NCBI RefSeq assembly: GCF_004376175.1
Contig: NZ_SNUY01000072.1
Coordinates: 1-19,199, forward strand
Direction of reading: 5' to 3'
Length of the DNA stretch: 19,199 bases
From: Halalkalibacterium halodurans
Lineage (GTDB): Bacteria > Bacillota > Bacilli > Bacillales > Bacillaceae_D
Shown: positions 1-12,634 of the stretch, piece after piece
Layout: every line of letters begins with the position of its first letter
Position numbering within the stretch: the stretch's first letter is position 1
Notes under the pieces: model-generated
What the model saw: only the letters and a program-made list of their open reading frames with translations
What the model was told of the DNA's origin: nothing
The model's database searches: none
Made by a program: the position numbers and the translations under genes

Positions 1-479
1 TTCGTATCCCCTTTGTAATCATCAATCGCAATCCGAGGAGGAAGGTGATCCACCTTCTTCACGAGGGGGGCCGCCAATTGATCAAACCGGCGCATGGCAG
101 TTGTCACGGACGTTTGGAATTGATTCGCTGTGTCCGTAAAGTTCTTCCCTTGAATGAGCCGTAAGCGAAACGCTTGATTCCATTCCACTGTCTGACGCTG
201 ATATCGCTCTACAAAACAGGCTTTCTCCGCAAACCGCTTCCCGCATCTGCACGCGTACCGGCGCTTTCGATAGAATAGATACACCCACCGTTCAAAGAGC
301 TTGAGATGTTGAACTTTTTGGATGCGGTAATCATGGATTCTCTCGGTTCTCTCCCCGCAGGATGGGCAACGATGAGGCGTTCGCGGCATTTCTACATGGA
401 GCGCGATAAAGTCCTCTCGTTCCTCCATCTTTGTGACCTTCACACCTTTTAATCCGGGCAAATCCATGGTAAAATTCAT
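1..479 (-). CDS. ISL3-family transposase, N-terminal part (159 codons, partial; runs off the window). Not in the supplied ORF track because no stop lies inside the window.
   Basis: My hand translation from the ATG at 479 is open to position 1: MNFTMDLPGLKGVKVTKMEEREDFIALHVEMPRTPHRCPSCGERTERIHDYRIQKVQHLKLFERWVYLFYRKRRYACRCGKRFAEKACFVERYQRQTVEWNQAFRLRLIQGKNFTDTANQFQTSVTTAMRRFDQLAAPLVKKVDHLPPRIAIDDYKGDT. It shows a CxxC...CxC zinc-finger, an HTH segment, and the IAIDDYKG start of the DDE domain. This layout is characteristic of ISL3 transposases. Confidence 0.85.
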   Translation of the reverse strand, partial: MNFTMDLPGLKGVKVTKMEEREDFIALHVEMPRTPHRCPSCGERTERIHDYRIQKVQHLKLFERWVYLFYRKRRYACRCGKRFAEKACFVERYQRQTVEWNQAFRLRLIQGKNFTDTANQFQTSVTTAMRRFDQLAAPLVKKVDHLPPRIAIDDYKGDT

Positions 480-483
480 CGTA

Positions 484-549
484 CACGCAGCTCCTATCCT
501 TTCTTTGTTTCTAGGCAATTCAAGGATAATGGATAAAGGAGCCTGCGTG
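484..549 (-). promoter_or_regulatory. Stem-loop in the transposase 5' leader that would sequester the probable Shine-Dalgarno
   Basis: Minus-strand RNA: CACGCAGgCTCC (549..538) pairs with GGAGCTGCGTG (494..484). That is 11 bp with one bulged G. TTTATCC/GGATA extends the stem. The GGATAGGAG SD-like element lies in the 3' arm, 11 nt before the ATG at 479. Confidence 0.4.
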
Positions 550-578
550 CATTTTTTTTGCCCTCTTTTGTGCAAAAA

Positions 579-600
579 CCCCAACATTTATTGTAGAGCC
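579..600 (-). repeat. Terminal inverted repeat (IRL) of the left ISL3 element
   Basis: The reverse complement of 579..600 is GGCTCTACAATAAATGTTGGGG. It matches plus-strand 19065..19086, GGTTCTCCGTCAAATGTTGGGG, at 17 of 22 positions. A further GAGGGC block occurs in both copies at a slightly shifted offset. Confidence 0.75.
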
Positions 601-610
601 TAAAATTTCC

Positions 611-659
611 TAAAATAAAAGGAACCATAAAGTTTCCAAACGGAAATTTTATGGTTCCT
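611..659 (-). terminator. Intrinsic terminator of ssrA
   Basis: An 18-bp stem (620..637 pairs with 642..659, one mismatch) has an AAAC/GTTT loop. On the minus strand it is followed by TTTTATTTTA. It lies 39 nt downstream of the tmRNA 3' end. Confidence 0.8.
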
Positions 660-698
660 GTCACAAACCCCGTGAAATCAATGTTTATCCGTAATAAG

Positions 699-1056
699 TG
701 GAGACGGTGGGAATCGAACCCACGTCCAGAAATAACGAGTACTTAAGCTTCTACGAGCGTAGTCACTGTATTCGCATTTCGCCGTTACTTCAGCCCAGCG
801 ACAGGCTTCCGTAAGGCTAGTCTGATAAATCTCTTCCTTCACCCACAGACGGAGGGTGAGAGGCGTAGCCCACTAAAAGTGAGTCCCGACACCTACCACA
901 TGGGCGATGGAGGGCGGAACCGCATTTGCTAGCTTAGGCAGCTAATGCGAAGTTGTTGTTTTCTTTGCCAGTTATTGGCGATGGCGTTTTAACGAGTTCG
1001 CCACCTCGGCTCGCCACTTAAGCTCGACCTATTCCTGTCGAATCCAGAACGTCCCC
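699..1056 (-). ncRNA. ssrA: tmRNA (transfer-messenger RNA)
   Basis: The minus strand starts GGGGACGTTCTGGATTCGACAGG at 1056. It ends ...TTTCTGGACGTGGGTTCGATTCCCACCGTCTCCA at 699. The acceptor stem GGGGACG/CGTCTCC, the T-arm GGTTCGATTCC and an internal tag ORF are all present. It sits immediately downstream of smpB, as in Bacillus. Confidence 0.95.
934..969 (-). other. tmRNA tag reading frame: (A)GKENNNFALAA plus stop
   Basis: Minus strand reads GGC AAA GAA AAC AAC AAC TTC GCA TTA GCT GCC TAA. It is preceded by ATAACT, the same resume context as B. subtilis (ATAACTGGCAAA). The ALAA C-terminus is typical of SsrA degrons. Confidence 0.85.
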
Positions 1057-1091
1057 AAGTTAAAAAAAGAGCATTTTGCTCTGGACTTCTT

Positions 1092-1119
1092 ATTATAACA
1101 TGCGTACAAACAATTTCAA
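1092..1119 (-). promoter_or_regulatory. Candidate sigma-A promoter of ssrA
   Basis: Minus strand: -35 TTGAAA (1119..1114), a 16-nt spacer ending in TGT, and -10 TATAAT (1097..1092). It starts 7 bp after the smpB stop. The predicted leader to the mature 5' end at 1056 is about 29 nt. Confidence 0.55.
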
Positions 1120-1125
1120 GAGGGA

Positions 1126-1590
1126 CTAGCGATTTTTTTCTTTTAACGCGCGCTCGACTTCACGTTTTGCATCCCGGCGTCTTAGCGTTTCGCGCTTGTC
1201 GAAGGTTTTCTTTCCTTTGCCGAGGCCGATTAAACATTTGGCAAACCCATTTTTAATATAGATTTTTAATGGCACAATCGTGTATCCTTTTTGCTGCGTC
1301 TGGCCAATCAACGTATCAATCTGCTTTTTGTGCAACAGTAGCTTCCGCGCTCTTGTCGGTTCATGGTTATAACGGTTGCCCTGTTCGTATTCACTAATGT
1401 GGCAGTTGTGTAAGTACACTTCTCCGTTCGACACTCGTGCAAACGAGTCTTTTAAGTTCGCACGACCCGCACGAATGGACTTAATTTCCGTTCCTTGTAG
1501 CACCATGCCAGCTTCAAACGTTTCCTCAATGAAATAATCGTGGCGCGCCTTTTTATTTTGCGCGATTACTTTTCCTTCCGTTTCACCCAT
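1126..1590 (-). CDS. smpB: SsrA-binding protein SmpB
   Basis: [42 protein letters not shown]... is collinear with Bacillus SmpB. I place the start at the ATG at 1590, with SD AAGGTG 8 nt upstream. The track start at 1617 adds 9 residues that have no SD. Confidence 0.93.
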   Translation of the reverse strand: MGETEGKVIAQNKKARHDYFIEETFEAGMVLQGTEIKSIRAGRANLKDSFARVSNGEVYLHNCHISEYEQGNRYNHEPTRARKLLLHKKQIDTLIGQTQQKGYTIVPLKIYIKNGFAKCLIGLGKGKKTFDKRETLRRRDAKREVERALKEKNR

Positions 1591-1628
1591 GACATTCACA
1601 CCTTTTTGCCTTTCCATCTCATTACTTT

Positions 1629-1657
1629 ATCATAGCAAGCGTGGGGGATGAAATCAA
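1629..1657 (-). promoter_or_regulatory. Candidate sigma-A promoter for smpB
   Basis: Minus strand: -35 TTGATT (1657..1652), 17-nt spacer, TGC-TATGAT extended -10 (1634..1629). Confidence 0.4.
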
Positions 1658-1659
1658 CC

Positions 1660-1702
1660 AACAAGAGGTCAACAATGGCAGTCCGCCTGTCAACCTCTTG
1701 TT
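1660..1702 (-). other. Long stem-loop immediately after the rnr stop (weak terminator or mRNA stabiliser)
   Basis: AACAAGAGGT (1702..1693) pairs with ACCTCTTGTT (1669..1660). Inner ACA-GGC/GCC-TGT pairs extend the stem. The trailing sequence GGTTGATTTC is only weakly U-rich. Confidence 0.4.
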
Positions 1703-1704
1703 CT

Positions 1705-4020
1705 TTAGCGCTTGCGCTTTTTCCCTTTTTTCCGCTTGGCGCTCGGAGCATTTTCATAAAACGCTTTTTTCTTCTTTTTCTTTTTCGGCTTGCTGCCATC
1801 GAGGGCCAAGGCTTCTCGGTTCTCTTTTTTCTTACGCTTCCCGCCTTCGATGACCTTTGGACGACTTTTGTCAGGACGCTGCTTGCGCGGCTTCATGCCG
1901 ACGATTTCAAAGTCAATCGAGGCTTCCTCAACGTTGACATTAATGACACGGACCTCGATTTCATCCCCGATCCGAAACACATTGCCGGAACGTTCACCGA
2001 TCATCGCGTAATGCTTTTCATCGTAACGGTAATAGTCATCGGTCAAATAGCTTACGTGAACGAGCCCTTCAATCGTATTATCCAGCTCCACGAAAATTCC
2101 GAAATTCGTCACTCCGCTAATAATGCCCGTGAAGGTTTCACCGATTTTATCTTCCATGAATTGCGCCTTTTTCACATCGTCTGTTTCTCGCTCAGCATCG
2201 ACGGCTCGTCGTTCCATTTCTGAACAATGACGGGCAATCTCAGGAAGCCTTTCACGCCATTTCTCTTGCGTTTCTTCGTCCACATTTCCTTTGATTAAAT
2301 ATTCTCGGATGAGGCGATGGACGATCAAGTCAGGGTAACGGCGAATAGGCGACGTAAAGTGAGTATAAAACTCGGTTGAAAGTCCAAAATGGCCAAGGCT
2401 TGTCGGATCGTATTTTGCTTGCTGCATTGAGCGGAGCATGACTGTGCTAATGACTTGCTCCTCTGGTTCGCCGCGAACTTCTTCTAACAGCTTTTGCAGT
2501 GCCCGAGGGTGAACCGTATTTGCCGTTCCTCTGACAACATATCCGAAATTCGTAATGAACTCAAGGAAGCGCCCTAGCTTTTCGCTGTCTGGATCTTCAT
2601 GAATTCGATACATAAACGGCAGCTTGAGCCAATGGAAATGTTCAGCAACCGTCTCGTTTGCTGCAAGCATGAACTCTTCAATGAGCTTTTCCGCTACACC
2701 GCGCTCTCTAATGACGACATCTGATGGTTTTCCTTCTTCATCCACTAGCACTTTTGCTTCTTTAAAGTCAAAATCGATCGCCCCACGGCCGAACCGCTTT
2801 TTACGTAAGATCGCGGCAAGCTCCTCCATGTCCTCAAACATAGGGACGAGCGGCTCGTAGCGGTTGCGAAGCTCCTCCTCTTTTTCAACGAGAATCTTGT
2901 TTACATCATGGTACGTCATTCGTTCATTTGTGCGAATCACGCTTTGAAAAATTTCGTGATTGACGACTTGCCCATCACGGGTGATTTCCATCTCGCATGA
3001 CAAGGTGAGACGATCGACCTGAGGATTTAAACTACAAATCCCGTTAGACAATCGGTGCGGAATCATCGGAATGACACGGTCCACAAGATAGACACTCGTC
3101 CCTCGCTCAGCCGCTTCTAGATCGATCGGTGACTTTTCTTTCACATAATAGCTCACATCGGCAATGTGAACACCTAGCTTAAAATTGCCGTTTTCTAACC
3201 GGCTCACATGAACAGCATCATCCAAATCTTTCGCATCAGCACCATCGATCGTCACAAGCGGCTCGTCACGTAAATCGCGGCGGTTTTTAATCTCGCCTGC
3301 GTCAATTTCGTCAGGGATGTTTTGCGCTTGTTGTAGCACCTCTTCCGGGAATGCTTGCGGGATGCCATATTTATAAATGATCGATAAAATATCCATGCCA
3401 GGGTCATTTTTATGACCGAGAATGCTGATAACTTCCCCTTCGGCACTCATGCGCCCCTCTGGATATTTCGTAATCTTCACAATGACTTTGTGACCGTCCA
3501 CAAGGCCTTGCGCTTCAGGGTTTACAATTAAAATGTCGTTCGGAATCCGTTTGTCGTCGGCTACGACAAGGCCGTACGTTTGGTGGTCAACATACGTACC
3601 GATCACTTCACTTACGCCCCGCTCTAAAATGCGGATCACCTTTCCCTCAGGGCGGGTTCCTGTTGAATGAGGATGAAGGCGCACGATCACTCGGTCCCCA
3701 TTCATGGCACTTTCTAAATCCACATGCGAGACGTAAACATCGGAGTGTCCTTCTTCTTCTGGGATGACGAACGCAAATCCTTTAGCATGCCCTTGGACGA
3801 CTCCTCTAAGTAAATTCATCTTTTCAGGGACACCGTAGCGATTGCTCCTCGTTCGAACGAGGAGACCTTTTTCCTCCATTTCATTTAAAACCTGTACTAA
3901 CTCTTTAAACTCTTGAGCGTCTTCTAAGTTTAACGCTTCTTCTAGCTCGTTGACAGATAGCGGCTTCTCAGCTTGTTCACGAAAGAACGTCAACAGTTGC
4001 TGCGCTTTTTGTTCATTCAT
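1705..4020 (-). CDS. rnr: Ribonuclease R (RNB-family 3'-5' exoribonuclease with C-terminal S1 domain and Lys-rich tail)
   Basis: 771-aa ORF with SD GAAAGGAG 7 nt before the ATG. It has the cold-shock/RNB/S1 architecture (…[14 protein letters not shown]…, …[10 protein letters not shown]…) and a K/R-rich tail. It is syntenic with secG-est-rnr-smpB-ssrA of Bacillus. Confidence 0.95.
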   Translation of the reverse strand: MNEQKAQQLLTFFREQAEKPLSVNELEEALNLEDAQEFKELVQVLNEMEEKGLLVRTRSNRYGVPEKMNLLRGVVQGHAKGFAFVIPEEEGHSDVYVSHVDLESAMNGDRVIVRLHPHSTGTRPEGKVIRILERGVSEVIGTYVDHQTYGLVVADDKRIPNDILIVNPEAQGLVDGHKVIVKITKYPEGRMSAEGEVISILGHKNDPGMDILSIIYKYGIPQAFPEEVLQQAQNIPDEIDAGEIKNRRDLRDEPLVTIDGADAKDLDDAVHVSRLENGNFKLGVHIADVSYYVKEKSPIDLEAAERGTSVYLVDRVIPMIPHRLSNGICSLNPQVDRLTLSCEMEITRDGQVVNHEIFQSVIRTNERMTYHDVNKILVEKEEELRNRYEPLVPMFEDMEELAAILRKKRFGRGAIDFDFKEAKVLVDEEGKPSDVVIRERGVAEKLIEEFMLAANETVAEHFHWLKLPFMYRIHEDPDSEKLGRFLEFITNFGYVVRGTANTVHPRALQKLLEEVRGEPEEQVISTVMLRSMQQAKYDPTSLGHFGLSTEFYTHFTSPIRRYPDLIVHRLIREYLIKGNVDEETQEKWRERLPEIARHCSEMERRAVDAERETDDVKKAQFMEDKIGETFTGIISGVTNFGIFVELDNTIEGLVHVSYLTDDYYRYDEKHYAMIGERSGNVFRIGDEIEVRVINVNVEEASIDFEIVGMKPRKQRPDKSRPKVIEGGKRKKKENREALALDGSKPKKKKKKKAFYENAPSAKRKKGKKRKR

Positions 4021-4083
4021 AGCAAATCTCCTTTCTTTCTATAACAGCTTGATGTGAAGCTTCTTCTATCCGTCTACAGCCCT

Positions 4084-4830
4084 TTACTCGGACCAATTCA
4101 GCCCTTCTAAAAAGCGATACACATCTTCATGTAGCTGTTCTTTTTCTTTATCTAACGTAATTACATGCGTTGAGTCCTCATACCATTTGAGAGACTTCTC
4201 GTCCGATTCCACAGTATCGTGGATCACATTGGCGCTTTCAACATCGATCATTTCATCATGACGTGCTTGGACGACGAACACAGGGGCATAGATGTGATCG
4301 AGGTGATCTCTTACATCCTCAATGAGCTGCTTCAAGCCAAATAATGTCGTCTGGGGTGCTGACTTGAATCGCTCCATTTCCTCCTCAATTTGCTCATCGC
4401 TCTTTTTTTCCCGTCGTTTGTATTCCTCTGCATACTCAAGCACACCTTTATAGATAGCATCATCGGTTTTAGGTCGCATGGGAGCACACATTGGGACAAT
4501 CCCCTTCACTGGTAGAGTGTATCCGATTTTCAATGAAAACACTCCACCAAGTGAAAGACCGCATACAGCAATTTCTTCATATCCTTGTTCCTTTAAGTGT
4601 TGGTAGCCTGCTTCAACATCTTTCCACCAATCATTAGGTCCGGTTTGAATGAGCTCTTCTGGTGGCACTCCATGTCCTTTATATAAAGGAGCATGACACG
4701 TGTAGCCTTTTTCTTGCAAATAGCGACCAAGCATGCGGACATCGGCGGTTGTGCCTGTAAATCCGTGCAATAAAAGGACGGCACGCGTTCCTCCTTCAAA
4801 TGTAAATGGCTTTGGTGCGACGAGCTTCAT
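4084..4830 (-). CDS. est: Carboxylesterase, alpha/beta hydrolase (Est/YvaK type)
   Basis: [38 protein letters not shown]... is collinear with B. subtilis YvaK and carries the nucleophile motif GLSLGG. I place the start at the ATG at 4830, with AAAGGAAG 6 nt upstream. The track start at 4863 would add 11 residues. Confidence 0.88.
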   Translation of the reverse strand: MKLVAPKPFTFEGGTRAVLLLHGFTGTTADVRMLGRYLQEKGYTCHAPLYKGHGVPPEELIQTGPNDWWKDVEAGYQHLKEQGYEEIAVCGLSLGGVFSLKIGYTLPVKGIVPMCAPMRPKTDDAIYKGVLEYAEEYKRREKKSDEQIEEEMERFKSAPQTTLFGLKQLIEDVRDHLDHIYAPVFVVQARHDEMIDVESANVIHDTVESDEKSLKWYEDSTHVITLDKEKEQLHEDVYRFLEGLNWSE

Positions 4831-4942
4831 CTCCATCTTCCTTTCTCTATTCTCAGATGTCATTGTTTATTAGGTTTCCACAAAAGACCGTCGGTAAAAC
4901 ATGGTCCATGTACCCTATTTTACCTGTACAAAATCCATGAAG

Positions 4943-4972
4943 AAAGCAGTAGGCTTAGCAACCTACTGCTTT
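4943..4972 (-). terminator. Stem-loop after secG (probable partial terminator)
   Basis: AAAGCAGTAGG pairs with CCTACTGCTTT (11 bp) around an 8-nt loop, 3 nt after the secG stop. The trailing TCTTCA is only a weak U-tract, so read-through into est-rnr-smpB is likely. Confidence 0.5.
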
Positions 4973-4975
4973 AAA

Positions 4976-5206
4976 TTACATAAAGTATGCAACTGCAATG
5001 GTTAGCACGAAAAACAACACTGCTAGCACGACCGTAGCACGAGCAAGAAATGCATCAATCCCGCGTGCCTTCTGTTTCCCTACTAATTGCTCTGCTCCCC
5101 CGGAAATGGCGCCAGATAATCCGGCACTTCTTCCTGACTGCAACAACACTACAGCAATTAGTGAGATCGAGACAATAATCAATAAAACAAACGCGACCGT
5201 TTGCAC
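4976..5206 (-). CDS. secG: Preprotein translocase subunit SecG
   Basis: 76-aa, two-TM protein: [37 protein letters not shown]... It has a GTG start with SD GGAGGTG 7 nt upstream. Its position between eno and est is conserved. Confidence 0.92.
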   Translation of the reverse strand: MQTVAFVLLIIVSISLIAVVLLQSGRSAGLSGAISGGAEQLVGKQKARGIDAFLARATVVLAVLFFVLTIAVAYFM

Positions 5207-5244
5207 CTTTTACACACCTCCACAAGCACATATGCGCTTCTATA

Positions 5245-5273
5245 AATGTACCACAAAGGGTTAGAATTGACAA
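5245..5273 (-). promoter_or_regulatory. Candidate sigma-A promoter of secG
   Basis: Minus strand: -35 TTGTCA (5273..5268), 17-nt spacer, -10 TACATT (5250..5245). Confidence 0.4.
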
Positions 5274-5345
5274 ATAGCTTCTTTACATGAGTCAAAACTG
5301 ACGGTAAGCCAGCGGTGAGACACCTTGGCCAAAAGGGCGAGAGTC

Positions 5346-5379
5346 AAACGAAAAACCACCCGCTTTGTGGAAGATGGTT
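5346..5379 (-). terminator. Weak candidate terminator after eno
   Basis: AACCATC (5379..5373) pairs with GGTGGTT (5360..5354), 7 bp including one G-U, around a 12-nt loop. TTTCGTTT follows. This is a marginal structure. Confidence 0.3.
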
Positions 5380-5395
5380 CTCGCTTTAAACGTTA

Positions 5396-6706
<1,311 letters not shown>

Positions 6707-6779
6707 CTATTCTTCTTTATTAATCATACAAGGTTACGGGATGGAAACCCTGCCCCTTGATCGAACCTTAAACAAACGT

Positions 6780-9070
<2,291 letters not shown>

Positions 9071-9085
9071 TCACCTCTCGTCCCT

Positions 9086-10270
9086 TTATTTATCGTTTAA
9101 CGCTACAACGCCAGGTAAAGCTTTCCCTTCCATAAACTCAAGAGATGCTCCACCACCTGTTGAGATATGGCTCATCTGGTTAGCTAAACCGAACTTTTCT
9201 ACAGCGGCCGCCGAATCTCCACCGCCTATGACAGAATACGTATCGTTTGCATCAGCAAGCGCTTCAGCAACAGCTTTCGTGCCACCAGCAAAAGCATCGA
9301 GCTCAAATACACCCATTGGCCCGTTCCAAATGACGAGCTTTGAGGATTGAATGACATTGCGGTAGGTCTCGCGCGTTTTTGGACCGATATCGAGCGCTTC
9401 CCAATCGGCTGGGATTCGATCAATGTCCACCGCTTTCGTATTCGCATCATTCGAGAAATCATCGGCTACAATCGCATCTTGTGGTACGTAGAAGTTGACT
9501 CCTTTTTCTTTCGCCTTTTCCATGAAGGAAAGAGCCAAATCCATTTTGTCTGCTTCTAAAAGAGATTTGCCGATCTCATGTCCTTGCGCTTTGATGAATG
9601 TGTACGCAAGTCCGCCGCCAATAATTAAGTTATCAACTTTATCTAAAAGGTTTTCAATGACACCAATTTTATCTTTCACTTTTGCTCCACCAATGATCGC
9701 TGTAAATGGGCGCTCAGGGTTGGAAAGAGCCTTGCCAAGCACCTCAAGCTCCTTTTCCATGAGCAAGCCTGCAACAGCCGTAACATGGTGTGCAATACCT
9801 TCCGTTGACGCGTGGGCACGGTGTGCTGCACCGAAGGCGTCGTTCACATAGACATCCGCTAAAGACGCAAAAGCTTTTGCTAGCTCTGGATCATTTTTTT
9901 CTTCCCCAGGGTAAAAACGAACATTTTCAAGCAAAAGCACATCGCCATCTTTCAGTTCGTTCGCCGCTTGCTCTGCCTCTGGTCCGTGGGCGACATTGAC
10001 TTTCGCTACAGGCTTTCCAAGAAGCTCTTGCAGTCTAGCAGCAACTGGATCGAGTCTAAGTTCCTCTACAACTTCTCCTTTCGGACGACCGAGATGGCTT
10101 GCGAGAATGATGCGTGCGCCTTTTTCTGCTAACAATTGAATCGTTGGTAACGCGGCACGAATTCTCGTATCATCTGTCACGACCCCATCTTTCATCGGCA
10201 CGTTAAAATCAACGCGACAAAACACTTTTTTCCCTTGTAATTCCACATCACGAACAGATTGTTTGTTCAT
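9086..10270 (-). CDS. pgk: Phosphoglycerate kinase
   Basis: 394 aa, ...[16 protein letters not shown]..., with SD AAAGGAGG. Confidence 0.98.
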   Translation of the reverse strand: MNKQSVRDVELQGKKVFCRVDFNVPMKDGVVTDDTRIRAALPTIQLLAEKGARIILASHLGRPKGEVVEELRLDPVAARLQELLGKPVAKVNVAHGPEAEQAANELKDGDVLLLENVRFYPGEEKNDPELAKAFASLADVYVNDAFGAAHRAHASTEGIAHHVTAVAGLLMEKELEVLGKALSNPERPFTAIIGGAKVKDKIGVIENLLDKVDNLIIGGGLAYTFIKAQGHEIGKSLLEADKMDLALSFMEKAKEKGVNFYVPQDAIVADDFSNDANTKAVDIDRIPADWEALDIGPKTRETYRNVIQSSKLVIWNGPMGVFELDAFAGGTKAVAEALADANDTYSVIGGGDSAAAVEKFGLANQMSHISTGGGASLEFMEGKALPGVVALNDK

Positions 10271-10317
10271 TGTGAGCCTCCTTTATACGCACCGTAATAT
10301 CCGATATGTAGACAATC

Positions 10318-10356
10318 GAAAGAGGAGAAAAGATCGTTTTCTCTTCCTCCTCTTTC
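10318..10356 (-). other. Stem-loop between gapA and pgk (attenuating or stabilising hairpin, no U-tract)
   Basis: GAAAGAGGAG pairs with CTCCTCTTTC (10 bp). After a 6-nt bulge, an inner AAAA/TTTT stem closes a CGATC loop. It begins about 20 nt after the gapA stop. Confidence 0.45.
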
Positions 10357-10377
10357 ACGTTGTCAAACGCAACTCTA

Positions 10378-11430
<1,053 letters not shown>

Positions 11431-11460
11431 TTAGCAAAAAATACTAAGTGACTTGAACCA

Positions 11461-12480
11461 TTACATTGAGAGCAACCGTTTGGCAGCTTCCTCATCTGTG
11501 ATTAACACATCGCTTGGGCGATAATTCATGTAAGCGGAAATGGCCTCTGCTTTTGACGCCCCTCCAGCCACTGAAATCACCAGCTTCGAATCATCTAGCG
11601 TGTCGAGCTGAAGTCCGATCGTGCGCTGCTTATAACGGACAGTTCCCTTTTTATCAAAATAATAACCAAAAGCCTCAGCCACTACTTGCTCCTCTGTAAG
11701 CTTGTGTAAGAACTCTTCACTAGAACCTCGACGCAAAGCCATAGTATTAGCTTCCCCAATTCCATGAATCACCATGCTCGCTGACTTGATTTTTTCAAGA
11801 ATATCTCGCACACCTGGTTCGGCGATGAGTGAAGCGTACGTTTCTTCACTGAGCTGGTCTGGAACGTGAAGCAACTTATAATTGGCCCCAGCTTTCCCAG
11901 CCATTTGCGCGCTAATGGTGTTCGCCTGGTTTTCTACTTGCTCGCCAAGGCCCCCTCTTGCCGGGACAAACGTGACCGTTTCCATGTTCGGATCGGGCGT
12001 CATCATTTCCGCTACCGCCGCCAGAGTCGTCCCCCCCATTACAGCAATGACATCATGAGGCTTGACCGCTTCCTTCATACGGGCGATACACGCTCGTCCT
12101 AACTCGCGCTTCACCCAAGTAAAAGCATCACTATCTCCTGGAACGACAATCGCTTCTTTTACACCTAGACGTGACCTTAATTTCGCTTCTAGATCGCGTA
12201 AACCGAGCAGCTCCTTCATCACCCCTTCTAGCTGTTCATAGAGCTTCTCGCCTTCCGCTGTCACGTACATGCCCGTCGGTGCAAACATGAGTAACCCTTG
12301 ATCCTTCAGAAACGTTACTTCCCCGCGTAACACTCGCTCAGAAATCGCTAAACTTGAAGATAAGCTTCGCCGGCCAATCGGTTGCATGAGTCGTATGTAT
12401 TGCAAGATTCGATAGCGCTTGATCATGATGTCTAGAACGTCTGGCGCTAGCTTACGTTGGATGTCAATTAGTTGATCCAT
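11461..12480 (-). CDS. cggR: Central glycolytic genes regulator (SorC/DeoR-type repressor)
   Basis: 339 aa with an N-terminal wHTH and a C-terminal sugar-phosphate-binding SorC domain. It is the first gene of the gapA operon. SD AAAGGAGAG is present. Confidence 0.93.
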   Translation of the reverse strand: MDQLIDIQRKLAPDVLDIMIKRYRILQYIRLMQPIGRRSLSSSLAISERVLRGEVTFLKDQGLLMFAPTGMYVTAEGEKLYEQLEGVMKELLGLRDLEAKLRSRLGVKEAIVVPGDSDAFTWVKRELGRACIARMKEAVKPHDVIAVMGGTTLAAVAEMMTPDPNMETVTFVPARGGLGEQVENQANTISAQMAGKAGANYKLLHVPDQLSEETYASLIAEPGVRDILEKIKSASMVIHGIGEANTMALRRGSSEEFLHKLTEEQVVAEAFGYYFDKKGTVRYKQRTIGLQLDTLDDSKLVISVAGGASKAEAISAYMNYRPSDVLITDEEAAKRLLSM

Positions 12481-12518
12481 AGCAACAAACTCTCCTTTGT
12501 ACGCAAACCCAACCTATC

Positions 12519-12557
12519 CGGGACGTTTTTTGACCCTCATAGACATTTTACGTCCCG
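12519..12557 (-). promoter_or_regulatory. CggR operator-like tandem repeat in the cggR leader
   Basis: Minus strand reads CGGGAC-GTAAAA-TGTC-TATG-AGGGTC-AAAAAA-CGTC. The left half matches the B. subtilis operator rule CGGGAC-N6-TGTC exactly. The N4 spacing is kept and the right half is degenerate (4/6 and 3/4). It lies 39 nt upstream of the cggR ATG. Confidence 0.65.
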
Positions 12558-12563
12558 ATTAAG

Positions 12564-12618
12564 CCAAAAAATAAAGACCATATCCTTATCTTCATTTTTA
12601 TTCTATCAAGGATACGGT
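12564..12618 (-). terminator. Candidate terminator of the sigL/glutaredoxin-like operon
   Basis: ACCGTATCCTT pairs with AAGGATATGGT (11 bp, one G-U) around a 20-nt loop. CTTTATTTTTTGG follows. The large loop lowers confidence. Confidence 0.45.
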
Positions 12619-12628
12619 CACTTCACAA
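12600..12628 (-). promoter_or_regulatory. Candidate sigma-A promoter of the cggR-gapA operon
   Basis: Minus strand: -35 TTGTGA (12628..12623), 17-nt spacer ending in TGA, -10 TAGAAT (12605..12600). It lies upstream of the CggR operator. The -10 sits in the loop of the preceding terminator hairpin. Confidence 0.45.
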
Positions 12629-12634
12629 GCGATA

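Larger units (their letters stand above)
1..600 (-). mobile_element. ISL3-family insertion sequence, IRL/transposase-5' end; the element continues beyond the window start
   Basis: Minus-strand terminus at 600 reads GGCTCTACAATAAATGTTGGGG, a GGCTCT-type end typical of ISL3 elements. About 120 nt of leader follows, then a transposase ORF open to the window edge. A related terminus occurs at 19065 in inverted orientation. Confidence 0.85.

Noticed and set aside
82-288. 68-aa minus-strand ORF listed in the track
   Set aside because: It is an alternative frame lying wholly inside the edge-truncated ISL3 transposase gene (479..1). The transposase frame is the one with family-typical motifs.
1648-2223. 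191-aa plus-strand ORF, with neighbours 1641..1853, 1790..2011 and 1596..1799
   Set aside because: These ORFs are antisense to, or overlap, the rnr 3' end and the rnr-smpB spacer. Their composition is low-complexity (Phe/Leu/Ser-rich, mirroring the Lys/Glu-rich rnr tail). They have no SD and no recognisable domain.
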